The notes under the pieces: generated by a model | The model's input: only the letters and a program-made list of their open reading frames with translations | What the model was told of the DNA's origin: nothing | The model's database searches: none | Program-made: the position numbers and the translations under genes | Shown: positions 51,233 through 59,375 of the stretch, piece after piece | How positions within the stretch are numbered: position 1 is the stretch's first letter | How the letters are laid out: each line of letters begins with the position of its first letter | IMG/VR virus record: IMGVR_UViG_3300012944_000001 | Location: 1 to 64,000 of that record | Source of the DNA: a virus | Strand: one strand, 5' to 3' | Length of the DNA: 64,000 bases

Positions 51233-51438
51233 CTTTAGTAAATACTAAAGGAGGTAAATATGTTTATGGATCCAAGCATTTATAAGGATATTGAAATACT
51301 TAAAGTTCAAGTTGAAGGTTTAAAACAAATTATAAATACTCTTGTAGGAGAAACTCCAGGTATTAATGATTTAGTTCATATTAACTATGATTTTACTCAA
51401 GAGTTAACTAAACTCAGAAAGCTGGGAGAGTTAATTTA

Positions 51439-51759
51439 ATGGGTTATTATTCTACATTTGAAGTACTAGAGACAGATATTATTGACGCTTATACAGTATT
51501 AAATGATTTGACTGAGTCAGACTGGGATAGTTCGCCCGGTTTTTCCTATTGGGATTCTAATAATAGTGTTCATTCATATGATTCAGCTAAGTGGTATGAC
51601 TGGTTGACAGATCTGGGACAGCTTGCTAGACTCTACCCAGACAGTTACTTAGTAATGGAACGTCGTGGAGAAGAATCCCCTGATATTTCCAGAGTCATAG
51701 TAAAGCACGGAAAAGCCGTAGAGATTGAGCCAGAGCTGGTGTGGCCTGAAGTTCTGTGA
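51439..51759 (+). CDS. hypothetical protein
   Basis: MGYY...KWY...GEE..D motif common in phages. Confidence 0.7.
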   Translation: MGYYSTFEVLETDIIDAYTVLNDLTESDWDSSPGFSYWDSNNSVHSYDSAKWYDWLTDLGQLARLYPDSYLVMERRGEESPDISRVIVKHGKAVEIEPELVWPEVL

Positions 51760-51813
51760 TACAGTAGAGCAACCGTACGCCATGCGACGGTATATAAATA
51801 GGGCATGGCGCCT

Positions 51814-51885
51814 GGACTCATAGCTCAATGGTAGAGCACCAGCTTGTCACGCTGAAGGTTGCCGGTTCGAATCCGGTTGGGTCCG
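51814..51885 (+). tRNA. tRNA-Asp(GTC)
   Basis: Cloverleaf; TT-GTC-AC. Confidence 0.9.
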
Positions 51886-52252
51886 CGTTAAGGAGAGATA
51901 ATGGCTAACCTAAGTGCTAAATATGCTGCAATGACTAATGAACAACTCAAAGCTGAAATAGTAAGACTTAAGCGCCTTAAGAAAGAGACGCTAGATATTA
52001 ATACAGTAAAGAGCTATAACGCAGAAATACTTCGTATAGTTAAGGTCTTAGAAGTAAGAGGTTTATAATCTTTAACGTGTGGAGCAAACATGAATTCAAG
52101 GTATGATTCTTGGAGCACTGATGATCTATTAGTAGAGATCATCAGATTAAAGCAGAGGATAAAAGAGTCTCTGACAGTATATGGCTCTACACTTGATAAA
52201 GATAAATTATTAGCAATTACTAAAGTATTAGAAAAAAGACGTAATAATTAAT

Positions 52253-52323
52253 GCCGCTATCGTATATAGGTAGTATGCAAGCTTCTCACGCTTGTGGACA
52301 GAGTTCGAATCTCTGTAGCGGTA
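52253..52323 (+). tRNA. tRNA-Glu(CTC)
   Basis: CAAGC-TT-CTC-AC-GCTTG. Confidence 0.88.
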
Positions 52324-52521
52324 CTAGCAACACACCTTACAGGTCTTCAGAGTGTCGTGCTTTCTGAGATAAAAGAAAAGCGGCTCGTTAGCCAAAATAG
52401 AGATAGGCTGCCTGTTTGATGCTAACAAACCGAGGAAGTATGTGTGGGACTAGACTCGGATACTACTGATATAGGTATGCTTAGTGTGTACACACTAATT
52501 GGCAAAGGTATCAGTAGGTAT

Positions 52522-52593
52522 GCCCCCATCGTATATTGGTTAGTATCTGAGGCTTTCAATCTCAAGGAGAGGGTTCAATTCCCTCTGGGGGTA
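52522..52593 (+). tRNA. tRNA-Glu(TTC)
   Basis: TGAGG-CT-TTC-AA-TCTCA. Confidence 0.88.
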
Positions 52594-52849
52594 CGTAGCA
52601 CGTAATGGGATACTCTTCGGAGTAGGAGTGCGTTCCGGGAGATCACCCATTCGATCCTCTGGGTAGCATAGGAGCGGCGCGAACAAGGGAAGGGCCGCCA
52701 GGTAGGAGATACTGCATTCTGTGGCAGGAATGTAAGCAGGCATAAGGGATGAGCCTACCAGCCACTTAAACTAAATAACCTTTCTGAGATACAATTAGAT
52801 TGCTATAGCGATTACTGTTAAAGTAATTCTTTCTAGAAAGGTTCAAATA

Positions 52850-53164
52850 ATGGCTTTTACGTATTCACTTGTTACAGTGAACAACCTTGCTGTTGGTGAC
52901 CAGGTACGTGCCGCTGTTGCTGCTGATGGACATGCTTATGTGTTCCCAGTTCCAACAACTGGTGGCGCTTCTTTCCCAACAACAGTTCGTGCTATTTACC
53001 CAGCAGCAGTACCTCCTGGAACTGATAGTGCGGGTAACCCAGTTACCAATACTTCTGTTCTTTGGACAATTCAGTTAAACAACAGCTCTGTGTTCAATCT
53101 ACCAACAGACTTCACTTTGAATGTTGGAACAGACTTTGTTGTCAAGGCTACTGGTACAGCGTAA
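52850..53164 (+). CDS. hypothetical beta-rich protein
   Basis: GAAAGG RBS; followed by a hairpin. Confidence 0.7.
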   Translation: MAFTYSLVTVNNLAVGDQVRAAVAADGHAYVFPVPTTGGASFPTTVRAIYPAAVPPGTDSAGNPVTNTSVLWTIQLNNSSVFNLPTDFTLNVGTDFVVKATGTA

Positions 53165-53217
53165 GCTTTACTCCTAGTGGGACGTATGGTATCCTCCTTG
53201 CTGTACGTCCCACCCAG

Positions 53218-53291
53218 GCCCCTATAGCTCATGTAGGCAGAGCAGCGCTCTTGTAAAGCGCAGGCGGAGGGTGCAAGTCCTTCTGGGGGCT
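53218..53291 (+). tRNA. tRNA-Thr(TGT)
   Basis: GCGCT-CT-TGT-AA-AGCGC; variant T-loop TGCAAGT. Confidence 0.82.
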
Positions 53292-53309
53292 CTTTAAAGA
53301 AAGGTTATT

Positions 53310-53507
53310 ATGAAAATCTCTGATCCTATAATTCAGGAAGCATTAAATTCTGGAGCAGCTATTGGTATGGATAATTATCCAGAACATTATGCGGTAGTCT
53401 TGACAAACGGAGACTACTACATGTATCCTGACTATCCTAGCAACGACGTACGACACTTACTTGAAACAAAAAGTGTTGAGTTAGTGGACTGCTGGAAAGT
53501 TTTGTAG
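53310..53507 (+). CDS. hypothetical protein
   Basis: GAAAGG RBS. Confidence 0.6.
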   Translation: MKISDPIIQEALNSGAAIGMDNYPEHYAVVLTNGDYYMYPDYPSNDVRHLLETKSVELVDCWKVL

Positions 53508-53521
53508 TATCTTAGCTTTAT

Positions 53522-53595
53522 GCTCCAGTATCCCAACGGTAGAGGACATAGTCTCAAAAACTATGATAGTGTCGGTTCAAATCCGACCTGGAGTA
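53522..53595 (+). tRNA. tRNA-Leu(CAA), short variable loop
   Basis: ATAGT-CT-CAA-AA-ACTAT. Confidence 0.88.
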
Positions 53596-53730
53596 CAGCG
53601 CGGGTTCTTTCCAATAGTACTGAGGAAACCTCGTTAGTTACTGTAGTTTAAGTAAGCCCAGGCTAATTAAAAAACACTCAACCTAGGATAAGAGAGATAT
53701 GACCTGCTTGGTGGTCATCAGTAACGTTAT

Positions 53731-53803
53731 GGTTCTATAGCCCAATGGCAGAGGCATTCGACTTAAAATCGAAACAGTGACGGTTCGAGTCCGTCTAGAA
53801 CTA
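53731..53803 (+). tRNA. tRNA-Leu(TAA), bldA-type decoder
   Basis: TTCGA-CT-TAA-AA-TCGAA. Confidence 0.9.
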
Positions 53804-53880
53804 CTTGACTAGAGACGTATGAGAAGGTAGACTCATAATCTATCAGAAGGCTACGACGAACTGTAGGCTCTCTAGTTTAT

Positions 53881-53956
53881 GCTCCTGTAGCCCAATTTTG
53901 GCAGAGGCGTCGGTTTTAGGTACCGAAGGTTGTCAGTTCGAGTCTGACCAGGAGTA
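53881..53956 (+). tRNA. tRNA-Leu(TAG)
   Basis: TCGGT-TT-TAG-GT-ACCGA. Confidence 0.88.
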
Positions 53957-53990
53957 CGTTTTACAAAATCCATAAAAGGAGGCAACTGAT

Positions 53991-54206
53991 ATGGGGTTTG
54001 ACGTTACTCAAATTCTAGGATTTTTGGGACCTATTGGTCTTATGGGAGCATTTCTACTCTTTATGATTATGCGTAAGGGATGGGGATGGGCTCAGTTTGT
54101 TACAGCTTTTGTTTTTACTCTGTTGGTAGCTTCTGCACTTCCTGCCTTGCCACAAGCAATGCACAATGGTATGGTAGGCGTTATCAATGCATTTCAAAGT
54201 AAGTGA
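53991..54206 (+). CDS. small membrane protein
   Basis: AGGAGG RBS; two TM segments. Confidence 0.7.
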   Translation: MGFDVTQILGFLGPIGLMGAFLLFMIMRKGWGWAQFVTAFVFTLLVASALPALPQAMHNGMVGVINAFQSK

Positions 54207-54227
54207 TTAATAGCCCTTCGGGGTTTT

Positions 54228-54298
54228 AGGAATATACGTCAATGGAAGACTAGCGGCCTCCAAATCCGCTGATGTGGGTTCGAATCCTACTATTCCTG
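54228..54298 (+). tRNA. tRNA-Trp(CCA)
   Basis: CT-CCA-AA loop; G73. Confidence 0.88.
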
Positions 54299-54299
54299 C

Positions 54300-54328
54300 T
54301 TGACAGAGACTAACAACTCTGTTAGTAT
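54300..54328 (+). promoter_or_regulatory. promoter for tRNA-Asn and the Y-RNA array
   Basis: TTGACA-N17-TAGTAT. Confidence 0.65.
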
Positions 54329-54364
54329 CAGTAAAATACCTTCCTCCTTGTAGGTAAGGTTTAT

Positions 54365-54436
54365 TCCTTGATAGCTCAATGGCAGAGCAGTCGACTGTTA
54401 ATCGACCGGTTGTTGGTTCGAATCCAGCTCAGGGAG
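54365..54436 (+). tRNA. tRNA-Asn(GTT)
   Basis: GTCGA-CT-GTT-AA-TCGAC. Confidence 0.92.
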
Positions 54437-54497
54437 CCTTAGCCCCTTTTCAAGCCTCTCGATGAAGCTCAAATGAGAAGGGCCAAAATTTAAATTT

Positions 54498-54619
54498 GTG
54501 ACGATGCGAAGAATAGAGTTACTTCGGTTAATTAGTGGTTCGATTCCATTCTCTGTAGTAAAACACAGATAGGCGAGTATAAAAACTCGTACATACTTTA
54601 TTCAAATTTTTCTAGTCAC
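54498..54619 (+). ncRNA. Y-RNA-like unit 1 (T-arm cargo)
   Basis: GTGAC/GTCAC terminal stem; GATGCG...TTACTTC...TTTCTA; AGTGG-TTCGATT-CCATT. Confidence 0.75.
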
Positions 54620-54625
54620 TTAAAC

Positions 54626-54718
54626 TTGATAGAAGGTTGGGGTAGCCTGCTAGCGGCTGTAATCGGGCGAAAACGTCCCTTGTAATACTGATACGAACGT
54701 TCACATCCCTTCTATCAA
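54626..54718 (+). ncRNA. unassigned structured RNA within the array
   Basis: 11-bp terminal stem TTGATAGAAGG/CCTTCTATCAA with internal hairpins. Confidence 0.5.
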
Positions 54719-54725
54719 CTAACTT

Positions 54726-54866
54726 GACAGCGATGCGCAGATAAGAGATACTTCACAGGGAACTCCGGGTCGTAGGTTCGAATCCTACTCTATCGACTCT
54801 TCGGTAGATAGCTCAGTGGTAGAGCAGGGGTATATAAAGAACTTTTATCGACTTTTTCTAGCTGTC
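54726..54866 (+). ncRNA. YrlA-type Y RNA, unit 2 (circularly permuted tRNA domain)
   Basis: GACAGC/GCTGTC stem; T arm GTAGG-TTCGAAT-CCTAC, closed acceptor hairpin, D arm TAGCTCAGTGGTAGAGC. Confidence 0.88.
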
Positions 54867-54874
54867 TTTATTTT

Positions 54875-54967
54875 TATGACCAATGCGTAGGCACGGGGTT
54901 ACTTCAAATTAATTGATAATTGACGGGCATAGCCCAGTAAACCTCAGCCGATTATTTCTAGGTCATA
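54875..54967 (+). ncRNA. Y-RNA-like unit 3
   Basis: TATGACC/GGTCATA stem; AATGCG...TTACTTC...TTTCTA. Confidence 0.75.
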
Positions 54968-54980
54968 TAACTTAATATTT

Positions 54981-55053
54981 CTACCCGATGCGACGCCGCC
55001 GGTTACTTCAACCCTTCGCAGAAAAAATCCGGCCGCACATTTTTCTAGGGTGG
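54981..55053 (+). ncRNA. Y-RNA-like unit 4 (minimal)
   Basis: CTACCC/GGGTGG stem; GATGCG...TTACTTC...TTTCTA. Confidence 0.75.
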
Positions 55054-55061
55054 ATCATTTT

Positions 55062-55169
55062 AGTTCCGATGCGTGGATTACTGGTTACTTCAATGCTAAT
55101 GAAAAGGTACGGTTCGAATCCGTTTAAGGCATGGCGCCCACACACCAGAAATCATTATTTCTAGGAACT
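55062..55169 (+). ncRNA. Y-RNA-like unit 5 (anticodon-like hairpin plus T arm)
   Basis: AGTTCC/GGAACT stem; GATGCG...TTACTTC...TTTCTA; ACGG-TTCGAAT-CCGT. Confidence 0.78.
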
Positions 55170-55179
55170 TATTAATCTT

Positions 55180-55220
55180 CCCCTTGGTTAGGCATAGCCT
55201 TACTTGAGGGGTTTATTTTT
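55180..55220 (+). terminator. terminator-like hairpin between the Y-RNA array and Ro60
   Basis: CCCCTTGGT...ACTTGAGGGG then TTTATTTTT. Confidence 0.6.
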
Positions 55221-55254
55221 ATCTACTTAACGTACCACAACATAGGAGGATACA

Positions 55255-56874
55255 ATGGGTAAGTTCAATAAGGTTAACAGCACAGGCGTTCAGTCACCTA
55301 TAAAGACTGTAGGAAAGATTATTAATCATGATGCTCGTGTAGCTTTTGCGCGGGATACCCAGTCTGAACTGTATTTGTTTGCAGTATCCAACTTTGTTGG
55401 TCAGGATACGTTCTATGAGAATGCTAAGGCCAGCGATGATCGCTTTGTTATCCTTTCTCAAAAGGCCGCTGTAGCAGATCGTGCCTGGTTTGGCTACTTC
55501 GTGAGCTGGCTTCGTAACGAGGCATTCATGCGTAGTGCTGCTGTTGTGGCGGCTGTTGAGGGTGCCAAGGCATTACACGCGGCTGAGTCGTTTGTAGGGG
55601 CTGAGAATGCCTCCTGGCCCCGTCATATAGTTAGTGCTGCTCAAGCACGAGCTGATGAGCCCGGTGAAGTATTAGGATACTATGAAGCTAAGTACGGTAA
55701 GAATTTCCCGGCTTGGTTAAAGAAGGGTGTTGCGGACGGCGCAAAGCGTCTCTATAATGAGTATTCTCTTCTTAAGTACGATACAGTTTCTCACGGTTAT
55801 CGTTTTTCTGATGTAATTCAGCTTACTCACCCTAAGCCTGATAATGAAATACAGGAACAACTATTTAAGTACGCGATGAATAGTCGATACAATAACACAG
55901 AGTTTGTTGGCCGAGAGAATCATCTGCCCATGATAGAGACTCGTAAGGCTATTATGGAAATGCCTGTTCGTAGTCGAAAGGCACTTATAGGTAAGGGCGG
56001 AACAGAGGTACAGAGCCTATTCAAGAATGCAGGAATGACGTGGGAAGCTCTGTCTGGCTGGCTTCAGGGTCCTATGGATGCTGCGGCTTGGGAAGCCGTT
56101 ATTCCTTCTATGGGATACATGGCGCTGCTTCGTAATCTTCGTAATTTCCAGAATGCTGGTATCCGTGCTAAGGTGCTGAAGGAAGTTCTTGGTAAGCTTG
56201 CTGATTTCGAGCAGGTTGCAAAGAGTAAGCAGTTCCCTTTCCGATTCCTTGCTGCTTACCAGGCAAATAAGGATAATCTACAGATCTCTGCCGCGCTAGA
56301 GAGTGCTTTGCAGGCTTCTTTGGCCAATGTCCCTTCCCTTAATGGGAATAGCTTGATTCTAGTTGATCGCTCTGGTAGCATGTTCCAGACTGGTGGAGGT
56401 GTCCAAGGACTCGATCGTGCAGACACGGCTGCTATTTTCGGTACCGCTCTGGCTATGCAAGCAGAAAAGGCTGATCTTGTGCAGTACGGTTCAGCATGGT
56501 ATGGTCAGGATAGTTCTTCCAAGGTAGTATCTTTCCGTAAGGGGAATTCTATTCTGCCGATGCTCAGTAAGTTTGAGAATCTTGGCGGAACAGACACCAC
56601 TGGAGCTATTAAGCGACACTTGACACCGAAGCATGACCGAGTTATTCTCATCACTGATGAGCAGTACAACGGCTATGGTGTCGATCCAGGAAGCATTGTT
56701 CCTGCTAAGATTCCGATGTACACTTGGAATCTTGGAGGATATCAAGCGGCTCACAGTGAGTCTGGTTCAAAGAAGCGTCACACCTTTGGCGGATTGACTG
56801 ATAAGGCATTTGTACAGATTCCTATGATTGAGGCTGGGCAGAATGCTGTATGGCCTTGGGAGGCTAAGAAGTGA
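55255..56874 (+). CDS. rsr: Ro60/Rsr TROVE-domain RNA-binding protein with vWA domain
   Basis: DTFYE, RADEPGE, KY, HPKP, TWE.L, MGYMALLRNLRN, FPFRF; MIDAS DRSGSM, GGT, ITDEQ. Confidence 0.93.
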   Translation: MGKFNKVNSTGVQSPIKTVGKIINHDARVAFARDTQSELYLFAVSNFVGQDTFYENAKASDDRFVILSQKAAVADRAWFGYFVSWLRNEAFMRSAAVVAAVEGAKALHAAESFVGAENASWPRHIVSAAQARADEPGEVLGYYEAKYGKNFPAWLKKGVADGAKRLYNEYSLLKYDTVSHGYRFSDVIQLTHPKPDNEIQEQLFKYAMNSRYNNTEFVGRENHLPMIETRKAIMEMPVRSRKALIGKGGTEVQSLFKNAGMTWEALSGWLQGPMDAAAWEAVIPSMGYMALLRNLRNFQNAGIRAKVLKEVLGKLADFEQVAKSKQFPFRFLAAYQANKDNLQISAALESALQASLANVPSLNGNSLILVDRSGSMFQTGGGVQGLDRADTAAIFGTALAMQAEKADLVQYGSAWYGQDSSSKVVSFRKGNSILPMLSKFENLGGTDTTGAIKRHLTPKHDRVILITDEQYNGYGVDPGSIVPAKIPMYTWNLGGYQAAHSESGSKKRHTFGGLTDKAFVQIPMIEAGQNAVWPWEAKK

Positions 56875-57036
56875 GTAGGTGGTTCTGTATTTTTTGTCGA
56901 GAATGGTGGAAGCCGAGAGAAGCAAAGTGTCCAACATGTAGCCGACCAAAACCGTTGTCTTGACTTTGACTCATACGATCTGATACAGTATTAAGAGCAG
57001 TTGGCGGACTGCCCTCTAGTAAAAAACCGCCACGAT

Positions 57037-57109
57037 GGGCCTATAGCATAATTGGGAATGCACCTCTTTTGCAAGGAGACGAGTGTCGGTTCGAATCCGA
57101 CTAGGTCCA
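57037..57109 (+). tRNA. tRNA-Ala(TGC)
   Basis: G3:U70 acceptor; TT-TGC-AA. Confidence 0.88.
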
Positions 57110-57236
57110 CGCGGAAGTCCGTATTAGCTACCTAAACCGGTTGGGTCGGACCCAGAACGCTAATAACATGGGATAACAGAATATTAAAGAAAGTTAATTC
57201 GGCCGAATTATACCTACTAGTATTTTGCCCATGCAT

Positions 57237-57309
57237 GCTCCGTTAGCTCAGTTGGTAGAGCATTCGCCTCTTAAGCGACAGGTCGTCCGTTCAAGTCGGA
57301 CACGGAGCA
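57237..57309 (+). tRNA. tRNA-Lys(CTT)
   Basis: CT-CTT-AA loop. Confidence 0.9.
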
Positions 57310-57351
57310 CTGAGTTTTAGTAGCGCGGTTTCTCTAAAAAACCGGGACAAT

Positions 57352-57424
57352 GATTCCTTAGCTCAGTTGGTAGAGCAGCGGACTTTTAATCCGAAGCGCG
57401 TCGGTTCGAGCCCGACAGGAATCA
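57352..57424 (+). tRNA. tRNA-Lys(TTT)
   Basis: CT-TTT-AA loop. Confidence 0.9.
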
Positions 57425-57577
57425 CATGAATATATTGAGAGATCTTTATACAGTTAAAGGTTTATGGTATTACGTGTGTCCACGTCCAAAATGTAAATTC
57501 ACTACTGTAAGTAACTTAACATCTAGAGCTGATGCTATCGGAGCAAGAGCTAATCATGAGAGGGAACACGATAATTA

Positions 57578-58144
57578 ATGATCACTCCTCAGCCTGGAGA
57601 CTTTGGATTAGTCGCCATTAAAGGCGGTGTAGGTAAACTGATCCGTATTGGTCAATGGTTGAATGGTGATGGTTTCAATGACTATGAACATGCTTTCATC
57701 TATATTGGTGAGGGTAAGATAGTAGAAGCTGAACCAGGCGGAGCACTTCTATCAGATATAAGTGGGTATGATGGTAGATTCATTCTATGGTCTACAGGTC
57801 TTATTCCTTTGACTGATATTCAAAGAAGTTCTATAATAGACATGGCTCTAAAACAAATTGGCACACCTTATAGTTTCTTAGATTATTTTGCTATAGCGCT
57901 TTATAGAGTTGGTATTCGTCATCCAAAAGTATCTGATAGAGTTATCAGTTCAAAACATTTGATATGCTCTCAGTTAGTTGCCCAAGACTATGCCGATTCG
58001 GGAGCACCCGTAACAAAGTATCCACCTTACCTGGTGACCCCTGGACGTTTGGCAGACTTTTTGGTAAGCTTCAGACACACAAAACGTCTAGGCAAGATGG
58101 TTCAAAAATCTGGATCAAATAGCATTAATATTCAAATAGCCTAG
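57578..58144 (+). CDS. permuted papain-like NlpC/P60 amidase (YiiX/YaeF-like)
   Basis: PGD, HAFIY, VEA, GTPYSF, ICSQLV (His before Cys). Confidence 0.8.
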   Translation: MITPQPGDFGLVAIKGGVGKLIRIGQWLNGDGFNDYEHAFIYIGEGKIVEAEPGGALLSDISGYDGRFILWSTGLIPLTDIQRSSIIDMALKQIGTPYSFLDYFAIALYRVGIRHPKVSDRVISSKHLICSQLVAQDYADSGAPVTKYPPYLVTPGRLADFLVSFRHTKRLGKMVQKSGSNSINIQIA

Positions 58145-58149
58145 ATTAT

Positions 58150-58222
58150 GCATCCATAGCTCAACGGATAGAGCACTTGATTACGGATCAAGAGGTTGGG
58201 GGTTCGAATCCCTCTGGATGCA
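58150..58222 (+). tRNA. tRNA-Arg(ACG)
   Basis: CTTGA-TT-ACG-GA-TCAAG. Confidence 0.92.
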
Positions 58223-58356
58223 CAGGGACATAGGGTTCATCTATGTGAGGGTTGTCCCTCGGAAAACACGGAGATCATAGAGTGCGTTCCTGCACGTCCA
58301 GACCAAGCAGGTCAGATTGACGGTACCTGAATATTACCGTTATTAAGCATTTAACT

Positions 58357-58845
58357 GTGGGAGGTACTTTGTCTCGTACATTAAAAGATCGTCCTTACTG
58401 GGTATTAAAGAATGATCCAAAAATGTCTCGTTACGCTACTCACGCGCATATTGTTATGCAGCGGGAGGAGATCGGTGAAGAAGAGTATGACAGATATCCT
58501 TGGCGACCTGACGTAGATCCAGTAACACATATAAGAAAACTTTACAGAAGATGGTACGAGAATATACCTTGTACTCTTGATATACCAGAACAGTCACGTC
58601 ATGCTAGACAGTATGCTCGTTGGCAAGGTAGACATACCAACGAAGAAATGCTTGAAGGCAAATATTGTGAATATTGGCTGAGATACTATCCTAATATGAA
58701 GAGCGATAAAGCTTTCAAGCAGTTGACAAACCAGGCGATACGATCTAGAATAAATCAACAGCTTCGGGCAGCGTGTCATGAAGATCCTGAAGACGTTGAC
58801 ATAAGCACCGACACGAAGTACAATAGTCGTGGCTGGTGGGACTGA
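58357..58845 (+). CDS. hypothetical protein (start probably TTG 58369)
   Basis: GGAGG RBS; SRT.KDRPYWV N-terminus. Confidence 0.65.
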   Translation: MGGTLSRTLKDRPYWVLKNDPKMSRYATHAHIVMQREEIGEEEYDRYPWRPDVDPVTHIRKLYRRWYENIPCTLDIPEQSRHARQYARWQGRHTNEEMLEGKYCEYWLRYYPNMKSDKAFKQLTNQAIRSRINQQLRAACHEDPEDVDISTDTKYNSRGWWD

Positions 58846-59057
58846 TAAACACAATAGGAGGATGCAATGGGCAAGCCTAAGGCAAATTCAAATGTTTCGA
58901 TCCCTAAGAATCGTACGGGAGTTGTAACTGAAGTCGGAGAGACTAGGTCACACGTTCTAATTGAAGATCCAGAGGACCCTAAGAAGAGTATTACAGTTAT
59001 CGTTCCTAATAATAAGATTAAGTAGTGGGATAGAACAAAGTGTGCTATACTTAGTGT

Positions 59058-59375
59058 ATGCCTTATAAAAATAGAGAAGATCAATACGCATCGCAAGCAG
59101 CACATCGGCAACGCAATTTTGAAGCTATGTGGTCGATTCTCCGCAACTCGTCATGTACGGATTGTGGAGAATATGATCCCATAGTGCTAGAGTTCGATCA
59201 CCTTCCAGGTTACGAAAAGCGATTTGAAATTGCTAGAGCTGTAGGAAGTTCTACTAGAAGTTGGAAGGCTATAAAAGCAGAAATAGACAAGTGTGAAATC
59301 GTATGTGCTAACTGTCATAGACGTAGAACAAATCAGCGAGGATTGCACAAGCGTCATCTTGCTCCCGTAGACTAA
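59058..59375 (+). CDS. HNH endonuclease
   Basis: CTDCG...LEFDH...EIDKCEIVCANCHR. Confidence 0.85.
   Translation: MPYKNREDQYASQAAHRQRNFEAMWSILRNSSCTDCGEYDPIVLEFDHLPGYEKRFEIARAVGSSTRSWKAIKAEIDKCEIVCANCHRRRTNQRGLHKRHLAPVD

Noticed and set aside
53881-53956. Amber suppressor or genetic code reassignment
   Set aside because: Anticodon TAG reads CUA (Leu); TAG, TAA and TGA all serve as normal stops in this window
54498-55169. CRISPR array (repeat plus variable spacer, with a Cas4-like gene in the window)
   Set aside because: Conserved parts are three 6-7 nt motifs in covarying stems rather than identical 23-50 nt repeats; unit lengths vary from 73 to 141 nt; there is no cas1/cas2, and stand-alone Cas4-like nucleases are common in phages
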